Shown here one piece after another: positions 47,894 to 56,884 of a stretch of DNA of 64,000 nt; positions within the stretch are counted from its first letter, which is position 1, and every line of letters begins with the position of its first letter. A program made the translations under genes and the position numbers. The notes below the pieces were generated by a model, which saw only the letters and a list, made by a program, of their open reading frames with translations, was not told where the DNA came from and did no database searches. This DNA is from an uncultured Spirochaetia bacterium. GTDB taxonomy: Bacteria; Spirochaetota; Spirochaetia; JABEVK01. The stretch spans positions 4,522-68,521 of the forward strand of contig CALGPJ010000009.1 of assembly GCA_937960645.1 (NCBI GenBank). The letters are read 5' to 3'.

Positions 47894-48531
47894 TGTGTTA
47901 CAACCTGGCCGTAGAAGCCACCCGACACCGCTTCCAGCAAGACTTCGGTTGGGATCCGGGTGAGGGCTTTTTGTCGGCTGCACGGTTGAGCGCCTTCGAT
48001 CATCCGCTTATCCCCGCCCTTCGCCTCGAGGGCAGCGCCCGTCGGTGGCAGCTGGCACGCTGGGGTCTGCCCGCACTCCCCGCGGGTTCCGCTGGCAGCA
48101 AGGACCTTTACAATGCCCGATGGGAGACCGCACACCAGAAACCCAGCTTTCGGGATGCCTACCATCGGGGACGAATGGTCCTGGTGGTAACCGGATTTTG
48201 GGAATGGAGGTCTGTCCCTGGACGGAGCACAAAGCAGCTGGTGCAGATCACGCCCCCAACCCATTGGCTGTTTCTGGCAGCCCTCGGGTCAACATCGGCC
48301 CCCGGTGTCTCCCCCAATTTTACCCTCCTCACCGTTGCAGCCTTCGGACCCATGGCAGACTTTCACGACCGCATGCCCCTGGCCCTGAATCCCGCATCTC
48401 TGGATTCCTGGCTGGCCGAACCCGATCGTGCACAAATCGAGGAAGAGGCCCGAACCCAGGCCCGGGGTTGGAAGATCACAGCACCGGTTCGGGATGATGG
48501 CCCGCGTGGACTGTTTGATGATCCCCCCTGA
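47893..48531 (+). CDS. SOS response-associated peptidase (SRAP/HMCES-YedK family)
   Basis: N-terminal Met-Cys, RWGL, YNARWET..KPSFR, GFWEW, HDRMP. Confidence 0.85.
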   Translation: MCYNLAVEATRHRFQQDFGWDPGEGFLSAARLSAFDHPLIPALRLEGSARRWQLARWGLPALPAGSAGSKDLYNARWETAHQKPSFRDAYHRGRMVLVVTGFWEWRSVPGRSTKQLVQITPPTHWLFLAALGSTSAPGVSPNFTLLTVAAFGPMADFHDRMPLALNPASLDSWLAEPDRAQIEEEARTQARGWKITAPVRDDGPRGLFDDPP

Positions 48532-49396
48532 CTTCCAGGTGGGTGATGACCTCACAATCACCGAGCTCGTGGAGGAGGTAGTTCTCCAGGGCGGTGGCCA
48601 GACTGTGTGCGTCGCGCAGGAGGATGTGGTCCTCGTAGACCAGGTGTACCTGAACCCAGATCCTGGCGCCGCTGTTACGGCACCGCAAATCGTGAAAGCC
48701 GATCCTGTTGTTTGTCGCAAATTCGGAAACATGTCCCCGAACCCGTTCGAAGAGCTGAGGACTGACCTCGTCCATCAGCCCCAAAACGCTGCGTCGAATC
48801 AGCCCAATCCCCTCCTTCAGGATGTTAAGTCCCGCAAGGGCCCCAAAAAGAGAATCGAACCAGAACTGACCGGTGAGCAGTACCAACAGCAGTCCCGCCA
48901 CGGCGCCGATGCTGGTGATCGAATCGCTCAGAACGTGTTTACCGTCCGCCTCCAGGATGAGGCTGTCGGTTTTCTTGCCGACGCGAATCAGATAAAGACC
49001 CAGAACCCCGTTCACCACCACCACCACGGCGCTGAGTGCGGTCCCCAGCCCCAATTCGTCGGGCATCCGCCGCTGAAGAAAACTCAGGACCGATTCGTAG
49101 AGGATGAACACCGCCGCCAAAAAGATCAGCGCGCCCTCGACACCGGCGGAAAAGAAGCTGATCCGATCGTAGCCGTAAGGGTAGCGCGCGGACGCCTTTT
49201 TGCGGGCAAGCCGCAGGCTGAATCCCGCGAAGGTGATCGCCACCACGTGGACCACACTCTCGGCAGCGTCGGAGAGGACGGCGGCGCTTCCGGTCAGCGC
49301 ATAGGCGACAATTTTGACCACCAGCAAGGTGTAACCGATGGCAACGCTCAGATTCATGGCAAATGATTGGCATTTTTGCTTGGTCTCGTTCCGCAT
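48476..49396 (-). CDS. Cation diffusion facilitator family transporter
   Basis: SAAVLSDAAES, YPYGY, ADGKHVLSD, C-terminal HDLR..G..VHL..HLE. Confidence 0.9.
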   Translation of the reverse strand: MRNETKQKCQSFAMNLSVAIGYTLLVVKIVAYALTGSAAVLSDAAESVVHVVAITFAGFSLRLARKKASARYPYGYDRISFFSAGVEGALIFLAAVFILYESVLSFLQRRMPDELGLGTALSAVVVVVNGVLGLYLIRVGKKTDSLILEADGKHVLSDSITSIGAVAGLLLVLLTGQFWFDSLFGALAGLNILKEGIGLIRRSVLGLMDEVSPQLFERVRGHVSEFATNNRIGFHDLRCRNSGARIWVQVHLVYEDHILLRDAHSLATALENYLLHELGDCEVITHLEVRGDHQTVHAGHHPEPVL

Positions 49397-49415
49397 GATG
49401 CTCCCTAAAATCTCG

Positions 49416-50330
49416 TCAAAATGTCAACGGCACCACTTTCCAACCCCTGTCTCGGAGAAGACTTCCCACCGACTGTGGCCCCACCAGGTGCCCCAGCCCG
49501 ACAGCCACCAAAAGCCTCTGTCCCTCTGCTGCCCGAAGGGCCACGCGCTCGGCCATGCGGCGGTTTCGAACGCCGATCACTTCCCGGCTGAAGTCGGGCT
49601 CGGTCTGCCACAGCTCGGCAAGGAGGCGGGCGATCTCTACCACCCTTCCCTGCCGGTAATGGTCGTAGAGCTCGGCCAGTTCCCGGCGTTGATTCTCCCA
49701 CTCCAGGAGGGAGCGGCGCAGGGATCGCACCTGCACCTCGGCTGGAAGGGAAGCCAGGGAAGCAAACTGCTCCTCGATCGTCTCCAAACCGGCGACCGTT
49801 TTTTGCCTTTCGCGTGCCGCCTTGAGGAGCAAAAAGTCGAGGCCCGTATCGCGGGTAAGTTCGGCCTCTTTTATCAGGATGTCTGCAAGAAATAACTCGG
49901 CGAACCAGGGCTGAAACCCGCGTACCAACGCGTAGGTCCCCCGATCCGAAACCAGGCCACGCAGCCGGGCGGCAGCGTCCTCCCCGATCGCCTCTACCAG
50001 GCTTCCCCCTCCTGACCAGAGGGCGTGGCGTTGGATGGCGGCGAACATTTCGGAGCGAGACACCGATTCGAGATCGATCTCCAGCAGAACCGTATCGACC
50101 CGATCCCAAAAATCGTTCACACGAGGCGGAAGGTCGGTGTCGGACGGCCGTTGAGCATGCAGGGTCCCGATCAGGTAATGCACTCGCCCTGCTGGATCGG
50201 TCAGTTCGTACGCCAGGGCATCGGCAGGACCATCAGCGACCTGCTCCCTCTTTCCCGAAGCGTAAGCCTGGGCCGCAACATGCAGGATGAGGAAAAACAC
50301 AACCTTGTACTGCATGCCCAACCTTGACAT
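49416..50330 (-). CDS. TraB/GumN-family (Tiki-like) exported protein
   Basis: YLIGTLH, LEID, GLD, GLET..EQ, RNRRM, VAVGLGHLVG. Confidence 0.88.
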   Translation of the reverse strand: MSRLGMQYKVVFFLILHVAAQAYASGKREQVADGPADALAYELTDPAGRVHYLIGTLHAQRPSDTDLPPRVNDFWDRVDTVLLEIDLESVSRSEMFAAIQRHALWSGGGSLVEAIGEDAAARLRGLVSDRGTYALVRGFQPWFAELFLADILIKEAELTRDTGLDFLLLKAARERQKTVAGLETIEEQFASLASLPAEVQVRSLRRSLLEWENQRRELAELYDHYRQGRVVEIARLLAELWQTEPDFSREVIGVRNRRMAERVALRAAEGQRLLVAVGLGHLVGPQSVGSLLRDRGWKVVPLTF

Positions 50331-50361
50331 ATTCCAGCCGTTTTGTTAAGGTCTGAACGTT

Positions 50362-50434
50362 CGGGCTATAGCGCAGGGGTTAGCGTACAAGTCTGGGGGA
50401 CTTGGGGTCGTGGGTTCAAGTCCCACTAGCCCGA
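50362..50434 (+). tRNA. tRNA-Pro (GGG), CCA not encoded
   Basis: Acceptor CGGGCTA/TAGCCCG, D arm GCGC/GCGT, anticodon arm CAAGT-CTGGGGG-ACTTG, T arm GTGGG-TTCAAGT-CCCAC. Confidence 0.95.
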
Positions 50435-50487
50435 TTTTTGAATCCTCGCCTCTTTTTCTCCTCCATTGTTTTTCATCCTCCATTGTT

Positions 50488-50588
50488 GGGCGCCTGCCGC
50501 TAAAGCGGCACCGGGTCGACTCCGGGCTACGCTTCGCTTCGGTCCTTCGGACGGCGCCGGGGCGCCCCCTCCGTGCCCCTGGCGCGGG
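50488..50588. repeat. GC-rich multi-hairpin REP/MITE-like element
   Basis: TGCCGC-TAAA-GCGGCA, GCTTCGCTTCGG, GTCCTTCGGAC and GGCGCC blocks; only one copy in this window. Confidence 0.4.
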
Positions 50589-50598
50589 ACTCCCAAAG

Positions 50599-50616
50599 TG
50601 GTGAATATTTTCACAG
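50599..50616 (+). promoter_or_regulatory. Rex operator-like palindrome
   Basis: TGGTGAA-TATT-TTCACAG versus consensus TTGTGAA-N4-TTCACAA (2 mismatches), just upstream of TTGATC-17-TACACT. Confidence 0.65.
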
Positions 50617-50657
50617 ATTGCCTTGATCCGATCGCCAGGCCTCGCTACACTCCAACT

Positions 50658-51305
50658 GTGGATGGCAGGAGGTTGCCCGCCCCGACACGGCTTCGCCTGG
50701 CCCGGCTCTTCCAGCTTCTGGAGACCGAGGAATGGACCCGGCAAAGAAATCTCTCGAGCCGCCTTTTGGCACGTTGGCTGGAAGTCACGCCAGACACGCT
50801 TCGGCGCGACCTCTCCTGGCTGGAGGGGGATCACCCCGGTCGTGTCTGGGAAGCGAGCGAACTGCGGGAAAGACTGGGCCAGGTGCTCGGACTTCCAGGA
50901 GAGATCCGAACCGCCCTGGTGGGCCTGGACGATTGGGCCCTCGAGCTGGTGCTCCGGGGCAGTCTTCCCAGGGGGCTGAAGCTGGTCGCCGGTTTCGACA
51001 GCCGCCAGAACCGGCTGGAGACCCTGGACCTGGATCTGCCCCTGTACCCCTCGGTGGAGCTGCCCCAGCAGGTAGCCCGCCTGGGCATCGAGGCAGCGAT
51101 CCTGGCCGTATCGCCCCAGCAGGCGCCCAGGATAGCCGAGAGGCTGGCTCAAAGCCGGATTCGGGGCATCCTCAACTTGAGCGGCTACCCCCTCAAGTCA
51201 AGCCAACACCTCCGCGTCGTTGACGGGAGTCTGAGTACATTGTGGAGCCACCTGGCCTTGGGCCTGGTCGGGCAAAAGGAGTCGTTTCATGGGTCGAGTG
51301 TATAA
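50658..51305 (+). CDS. rex: Rex-like redox-sensing regulator (degenerate Rossmann motif)
   Basis: LPAPTRLRL, VTPDTLRRDLS (wHTH), LVAGFD, AAILAVS..A, IRGILN. Confidence 0.75.
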   Translation: MDGRRLPAPTRLRLARLFQLLETEEWTRQRNLSSRLLARWLEVTPDTLRRDLSWLEGDHPGRVWEASELRERLGQVLGLPGEIRTALVGLDDWALELVLRGSLPRGLKLVAGFDSRQNRLETLDLDLPLYPSVELPQQVARLGIEAAILAVSPQQAPRIAERLAQSRIRGILNLSGYPLKSSQHLRVVDGSLSTLWSHLALGLVGQKESFHGSSV

Positions 51306-52389
51306 TTTTTCCGCCGGTCCGAGCATGCTGCCGGAAGAGGTGCTGCAACGGGCAAGCCAGGAAATGTTGGACCACGAGGGCAGCGGGCAGAGCGTCATGG
51401 AGATGAGCCACCGTTCCAAGCAGTTCGCCAAAATCATCGAGGACGCCGAGCGCCTGGTGCGTCAGAACATGGCCATTCCCGACAGCTACGAGGTCTTGTT
51501 CCTCCAGGGCGGGGCCAGCCTGCAGTTCACCATGATCCCGATGAACTTTCTAACCGGTTCCAAAAAGGCCGACATCACCCTGACGGGAGCCTGGGCCCAG
51601 AAGGCCTACGAGGAGATCAACCGTTTGGGAACGGCGGTGGTTCAGGGCTCCTCCAAGGATAAAAAGTTCAGCTACCTCCCACCCATCCAGGGCGTGAGTC
51701 CCGATGCCGACTTTTTTCACATCACCTACAACAACACCATCGAGGGAACCCAGTACCATACCCTGCCGGACACCGGCACGGTTCCTCTGGTGGCCGACAT
51801 CAGCTCGGGAATCCTCTCCGAACCCCTGGACATCGGCCGCTTCGCACTGGCCTACGCCGGGGCGCAAAAAAACCTCGGTCCTGCCGGTGTCACCCTGGTC
51901 ATCGTGCGCAAGGACTTTCTGGCCAAGGCGCCGGATGCCAGGGACCTTCCCCCAATGCTGAGCTACAAGCTCATGGCCGAACACAAGAGCCTGTACAACA
52001 CCCCGCCTTGCTATGCCATTTACATCCTCAAGCTGGTCCAGGAGTGGATCCTCCAGATCGGCGGCGTGGAGGCGCTCTACAAGGCCAATCGCCAGAAAGC
52101 CGAACTGCTTTACGGCTACCTGGACTCGAGCGAATTTTTCTACAGCCCCGTCAACAAGGCCGATCGTAGCCTCATGAACATCCCCTTCATCACCCGGATC
52201 GAGGACGCCGAGAAGGCGGAAGAGATCAACAAGCTCTTCGTCAAAGAGGCCGAACAGGTCGGCCTGGTGAACCTTGCCGGACACCGCAGCGTGGGCGGCA
52301 TGCGGGCCAGCATCTACAACGCCATGCCCCTGGCCGGTGTCGAGAAACTTGTGTCCTTTATGAAGGACTTCGAAAAGAAACACAAATAA
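51289..52389 (+). CDS. serC: Phosphoserine aminotransferase
   Basis: YNFSAGPS, SVMEMSHRS, YAGAQKNLGPAG, YNTPP, GHRSVGGMRASIYNA. Confidence 0.96.
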   Translation: MGRVYNFSAGPSMLPEEVLQRASQEMLDHEGSGQSVMEMSHRSKQFAKIIEDAERLVRQNMAIPDSYEVLFLQGGASLQFTMIPMNFLTGSKKADITLTGAWAQKAYEEINRLGTAVVQGSSKDKKFSYLPPIQGVSPDADFFHITYNNTIEGTQYHTLPDTGTVPLVADISSGILSEPLDIGRFALAYAGAQKNLGPAGVTLVIVRKDFLAKAPDARDLPPMLSYKLMAEHKSLYNTPPCYAIYILKLVQEWILQIGGVEALYKANRQKAELLYGYLDSSEFFYSPVNKADRSLMNIPFITRIEDAEKAEEINKLFVKEAEQVGLVNLAGHRSVGGMRASIYNAMPLAGVEKLVSFMKDFEKKHK

Positions 52390-52399
52390 AGGAGTGACC

Positions 52400-53575
52400 A
52401 TGTACGCCATCCAAACCTTGAACAAAATTGCAGCCTGCGGCCTGGACCGTTTGCCGCGCGATCAGTACGAAACCGCCACCGAAATCCAAAACCCCGTGGG
52501 GATCCTCGTGCGGAGCGCCGACATGCACACCATGAATCTTCCCGATTCGGTCCTGGCCATTGCCCGTGCGGGTGCGGGAACCAACAACATTCCCATTCCT
52601 CAATGTTCCGAGCGCGGCATCGTGGTGTTCAACACCCCGGGGGCCAATGCCAACGGTGTCAAAGAACTGGTGATCGCCGCCCTGCTTCTCTCGAGCCGCA
52701 AAATCGTCGAGGGGCTGAACTGGACCCAGACCCTCAAGGGCAAGGGCGATGAGGTTCCCGGCCTGGTCGAAAAGGGTAAGGCGGATTTTGCTGGGCCCGA
52801 AATCCAGGGAAAGACCCTCGGGGTGATCGGCCTGGGTGCCATCGGGGTCATGACCGCCAACGCGGGTCTGGCCCTCGGCATGCGGGTGCTCGGCTACGAT
52901 CCCTACATCAGCGTGGAGGGCGCCTGGAAACTGAGCCGTGAGGTGGTCAAGGCCGGCAGTGTCGATGCCCTCATCGCAGAGGCGGACTACATCACCGTCC
53001 ACGTCCCGCTGACTGCGGAAACCCGCGGCATCTTCAACAAGGAGCGCCTGGCCCGGCTCAAGAAGGGCGCCCGGCTCATCAACCTCAGCCGATCCGGTTT
53101 GGTGGACAACGAGGCCCTCCTGCAGGAAGTGAAGAGCGGCCACATCGCCGCCTACGTCACGGACTTTCCCGAGGATGAGCTGCTCGGTGTGCCGAATGTC
53201 TATTGTATCCCGCACCTGGGTGCGAGCACCCCCGAGAGCGAGGACAACTGCGCCATCATGGCCGTGGACCAAATCCGGGAATACCTCGAACGTGGTAACA
53301 TCAAAAACAGCGTCAACTTCCCGGACTGTGACATGGCCCCCTCGGGCAAGGACAGGATCGTCATCATCAACCGAAACATTCCCAACATGGTCGGTCAATT
53401 CACCACCGTCCTGGCCAGGCGCAACATCAACATCGAGGACATGATCAACAAACACAAGGGGGACTGGGCCTACAACATCATCGATGTTTCAGGAGACCTG
53501 AACGGGGACCTCGAAAAGGAACTGCAGTCCATCGACGGCGTGGTCAAAGTGAGGATCCTCCCCAACTGCCGATGA
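52400..53575 (+). CDS. serA: D-3-phosphoglycerate dehydrogenase with ACT domain
   Basis: ARAGAGTNNI, FNTPGANANGVKEL, GVIGLGAIG, PHLGASTPESE, C-terminal ACT. Confidence 0.92.
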   Translation: MYAIQTLNKIAACGLDRLPRDQYETATEIQNPVGILVRSADMHTMNLPDSVLAIARAGAGTNNIPIPQCSERGIVVFNTPGANANGVKELVIAALLLSSRKIVEGLNWTQTLKGKGDEVPGLVEKGKADFAGPEIQGKTLGVIGLGAIGVMTANAGLALGMRVLGYDPYISVEGAWKLSREVVKAGSVDALIAEADYITVHVPLTAETRGIFNKERLARLKKGARLINLSRSGLVDNEALLQEVKSGHIAAYVTDFPEDELLGVPNVYCIPHLGASTPESEDNCAIMAVDQIREYLERGNIKNSVNFPDCDMAPSGKDRIVIINRNIPNMVGQFTTVLARRNINIEDMINKHKGDWAYNIIDVSGDLNGDLEKELQSIDGVVKVRILPNCR

Positions 53576-53913
53576 ACCCGCAGATCCTCCTGGTGGATGA
53601 CGACGAGACGACACGAGACATCCTGAACCGGCTATTCGAACGGTTGGGAGTGAAGATTGCCACTGCCGCGAATCCTGAAGAAGCCCTGGCTGTCCTCAGT
53701 CAGGGCTCTTTTTCTGCGGCCATCCTCGATCATCAATTGAAGGGCAGTCTCGGAATCGATTTGGCGCATCGTTTGGCCCGGCAGTATCCCGGCCTCAAAC
53801 TCATCTCCCTGAGCGGAGACGTGGTCCCGGACCCCGTCTTCTGCCGGCACATGGTCAAGCCCGTTCGACTGGCGGACCTCCGCGAACTTCTCCTCTTCCT
53901 TGGCTTTTCATAA
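53572..53913 (+). CDS. Single-domain response regulator receiver
   Basis: LLVDDD, AAILDH, ISLSG, MVKPV. Confidence 0.85.
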   Translation: MNPQILLVDDDETTRDILNRLFERLGVKIATAANPEEALAVLSQGSFSAAILDHQLKGSLGIDLAHRLARQYPGLKLISLSGDVVPDPVFCRHMVKPVRLADLRELLLFLGFS

Positions 53914-53949
53914 CCTCGACATTATGGTAAAACCGTTGCGGAGGTGAGG

Positions 53950-54999
53950 ATGCGCAAAACTTGCTTTTTCCTGCTGGGAGTGATGCTCCTTTCGTGCGGC
54001 AACACCCAGGCGCAAAGCCCCGATAGGAGTCAAACGATGGAATTCGTGAAACAGCAGGGTGATGGCCTTTTCGCCATCATGCAAACCAACCGTGGGGACA
54101 TCGTCCTCCGCCTGGAATATGAGAAGGCCCCGATGACCGTGGCGAATTTCGTCGGGCTTGCCGAGGGCACCCTGGAACCCCTCGTCCGCCGAGGGCAGCC
54201 CTACTACGACGGGCTCACCTTTCACCGCGTGGTGGCCGACTTCGTGATCCAGGGGGGCGATCCTCAGGGCAATGGCCGGGGCGGCCCGGGCTACACCTTT
54301 CCGGATGAAATCACCGATTTGAAACACGACAGCGCCGGCATCCTGTCCATGGCCAACGCAGGGCCGAACACCAACGGCAGCCAGTTTTTTATCACGCACC
54401 GGCCGACGCCGCACCTCGACGGAAAACACAGCGTGTTCGGCAGGGTGATTCGCGGCATGGAGGTGGTGAACGCCATCCAACAGGGGGACAGCTTGATAAC
54501 CCTGACCATCGTCCGCAACGGCGAAAAGGCGGGCAATTTCCGCCCGACCCAGGCCACATTCACTCAGATGATTCAACAGGCCACCCGGCGCCAGCAGGAG
54601 CAGGCGGAACAGAGAAAGCAGGCGGACCTCGCCACGGTGAGCCAGCGCTGGCCCAACGCCCGGATCACCGCGAGCGGGCTTCGTTACCTGGTGCGTTCCG
54701 CCGGAAACGGCCCCAAGCCCAACCGGGGCCAAAACATCAGTGTCCACTACGAGGGGCGTCTCTTGAACGATCAGGTGTTCGATTCCAGCCTTCGACGCAA
54801 CGAGCCTATCCAGTTTCCCGTGGGCACCGGACGCGTCATCCCTGGCTGGGACGAGGGGCTCCTGGATATGCGGGTCGGCGAGAAGCGGACCCTGATCATT
54901 CCCCCAAACCTGGCCTACGGTTCCGAGGGTGCGGGGGGTGTCATCCCACCGGATGCCTGGCTGGTCTTCGATGTGGAGCTGGTGGCAATCAGTCCCTGA
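53950..54999 (+). CDS. Lipoprotein peptidyl-prolyl isomerase, cyclophilin + FKBP fusion
   Basis: Lipobox LLSC; cyclophilin [56 protein letters not shown]. Confidence 0.92.
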   Translation: MRKTCFFLLGVMLLSCGNTQAQSPDRSQTMEFVKQQGDGLFAIMQTNRGDIVLRLEYEKAPMTVANFVGLAEGTLEPLVRRGQPYYDGLTFHRVVADFVIQGGDPQGNGRGGPGYTFPDEITDLKHDSAGILSMANAGPNTNGSQFFITHRPTPHLDGKHSVFGRVIRGMEVVNAIQQGDSLITLTIVRNGEKAGNFRPTQATFTQMIQQATRRQQEQAEQRKQADLATVSQRWPNARITASGLRYLVRSAGNGPKPNRGQNISVHYEGRLLNDQVFDSSLRRNEPIQFPVGTGRVIPGWDEGLLDMRVGEKRTLIIPPNLAYGSEGAGGVIPPDAWLVFDVELVAISP

Positions 55000-56098
55000 G
55001 CTGTTGCTTTAACTGTTCGATGGTCCCGAGGATCTTGTCCAGGGAAAAAGGCTTCACGAAGTAGCCGTCGGCCTGGTTTTTGAACGCCAGCTTGACGAAC
55101 TCGTAGCCGTCCACCGCCGTGTTGATATAGATCTTCGTGGACAGCTTCGGCGGCACGCCCCGGCGCGACTCTTCGTCCCGAATCCGCACAAGAAGCTCCT
55201 GACCGCTCAAACCCGGGATCATTTGGTCCAGGATCATGACCTGATAGGGTTGTTGGCGGTCCAGAGCCTGCAACCACCGGTTCCAGGCGGCCACGCCGTC
55301 GGGGGCCTCCTCCACCTCGTTGTTTTTGGCCAGCACCCGGGTTAGAACCATTCGGGTCAGAGCATCGTCCTCCACCACCAGGATTTTCAACGGAGTGGCG
55401 GCATTTTCTGCCGAAAGCGGCCGTTGTGCAGCTCGGGCGGGTAACCTGGCCGGCAGCACCGGATCGTAAAAGAGACGGCTCAGGGCCGGTTGTTCCTCGG
55501 CGCTGCTGAACAAAAAAGAAACGACGACCTCGGGCTGGCTTCGATCCCAGTCCGCAATGTCCGGATGCAGGCTGTAGAGGCAGCCGACCTTTGCTAAATT
55601 GTTGAAGAGGGGTAAACGAGCCCAGGCGGCTTTATCGAGACTGGTTTTGAACGTTTTTTGAAGCACCCAGAGTCGGGCCCCTTCCTCCAGAGAGCGATGT
55701 ATCGTTGCCAGAGTCTCCCTGGATAGAGGCGATTTCCACTCGAGGAAATTGACCGGATCGGCTGGCCTCGCTTTTTGTTTGGCGGGCTGCAATTCATCTT
55801 GCTCCGGAAGGTCCTGGCCGCCTAGAACGCTCTTACGGAGGTGGTCGATCAGCCTGAACAGGGGATCGAGATCCAAACCCTGACAATTTCCGGATTTCCG
55901 GGCAGTATCGAGGCGATCTTCCATCCGATGAACAGCCCGGGAGGCGTGAGCGAAACCCGCCAGGGCCAGGGTCCCCTTCAGACTGTGCGCCTTTTGAAAG
56001 GCCAGGTGCACGTCAGCGATTTCGCACCGTTGTTCGACTTTCAGAAGAACTTTTTCCCAATCTTCCAACAGGCCGACGATTTCCTCGAGGTCTTTCAT
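54989..56098 (-). CDS. Hpt (CheA P1-like) plus receiver domain protein
   Basis: [21 protein letters not shown]; receiver [25 protein letters not shown]; no kinase core; start uncertain (56098 or 56125). Confidence 0.8.
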   Translation of the reverse strand: MKDLEEIVGLLEDWEKVLLKVEQRCEIADVHLAFQKAHSLKGTLALAGFAHASRAVHRMEDRLDTARKSGNCQGLDLDPLFRLIDHLRKSVLGGQDLPEQDELQPAKQKARPADPVNFLEWKSPLSRETLATIHRSLEEGARLWVLQKTFKTSLDKAAWARLPLFNNLAKVGCLYSLHPDIADWDRSQPEVVVSFLFSSAEEQPALSRLFYDPVLPARLPARAAQRPLSAENAATPLKILVVEDDALTRMVLTRVLAKNNEVEEAPDGVAAWNRWLQALDRQQPYQVMILDQMIPGLSGQELLVRIRDEESRRGVPPKLSTKIYINTAVDGYEFVKLAFKNQADGYFVKPFSLDKILGTIEQLKQQLRD

Positions 56099-56207
56099 CT
56101 TTTTTAGCTTACCATGTTTTTTCAATTTGTACGTTTTTTCAATTTGATTGAGATCGAGTTTCCTTCCCGGTATTTTCTTATTAAATTATCAAGACAAAGG
56201 AGGTAGC

Positions 56208-56819
56208 ATGCCATTCACTCTCGATCCCTTACCCTATCCCTACGAGGCCCTGGAACCGCACATCGACACGATGACCATGCAGATTCACCACGACAAGCAC
56301 CACCAGGCGTACGTCAACAATCTGAATGCCGCCCTTGCCGGTCACGAGGCCGACACCTGGGACATCGAAAAGATTCTGACCCAACTCGACAAAATCCCCG
56401 AGGACAAAAGGACCGCGGTCCGCAACAACGGCGGTGGACACCACAACCACAGTCTGTTTTGGGAAATTCTGACGCCCGGTGGGAGTAACGTTCCTGGCGG
56501 AGATCTCAAAGACGCGATCGACAAGTCCTTCGGATCTTTCGACAACCTGAAGGCGGAGTTGACCAAGGCCGGCAGCACCCGTTTCGGTTCCGGCTGGGCC
56601 TGGCTGGTGCTCAAATCGGACAAGAGTTTGAGCGTCATCAGCACGCCCAATCAGGACAGTCCCCTGATGGACGGCCTGCGTCCGATTTTGGGCATCGATG
56701 TTTGGGAACACGCCTACTACCTGAAGTATCAAAACCGCCGGCCCGACTACCTGGCAGCAATTTTTAACGTGATCAACTGGGACAAGGTCGGGGAGCTTTA
56801 CGCAAAGTATTCGAAATAG
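56208..56819 (+). CDS. sodA: Superoxide dismutase (Mn-type signatures)
   Basis: [33 protein letters not shown]. Confidence 0.93.
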   Translation: MPFTLDPLPYPYEALEPHIDTMTMQIHHDKHHQAYVNNLNAALAGHEADTWDIEKILTQLDKIPEDKRTAVRNNGGGHHNHSLFWEILTPGGSNVPGGDLKDAIDKSFGSFDNLKAELTKAGSTRFGSGWAWLVLKSDKSLSVISTPNQDSPLMDGLRPILGIDVWEHAYYLKYQNRRPDYLAAIFNVINWDKVGELYAKYSK

Positions 56820-56840
56820 AGCGCATCGCCGATACCCCGG

Positions 56841-56868
56841 AGGAAGGAGGTCCCACCCTCCTTCTTTT
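56841..56868 (+). terminator. Putative terminator after sodA
   Basis: AGGAAGGAGG-N6-CCTCCTTCTT followed by TT. Confidence 0.55.
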
Positions 56869-56884
56869 GGGTGTACAATGATTC

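Noticed and set aside
46439..47983. 514-aa minus-strand ORF
   Set aside because: Antisense shadow of the DUF4139 gene
50362..50660. tRNA-Pro as integration site of a genomic island
   Set aside because: No integrase, no duplicated tRNA 3' end, and downstream genes are housekeeping
56170..56195. Fur/PerR box upstream of sodA
   Set aside because: AT-rich but a poor match to either consensus
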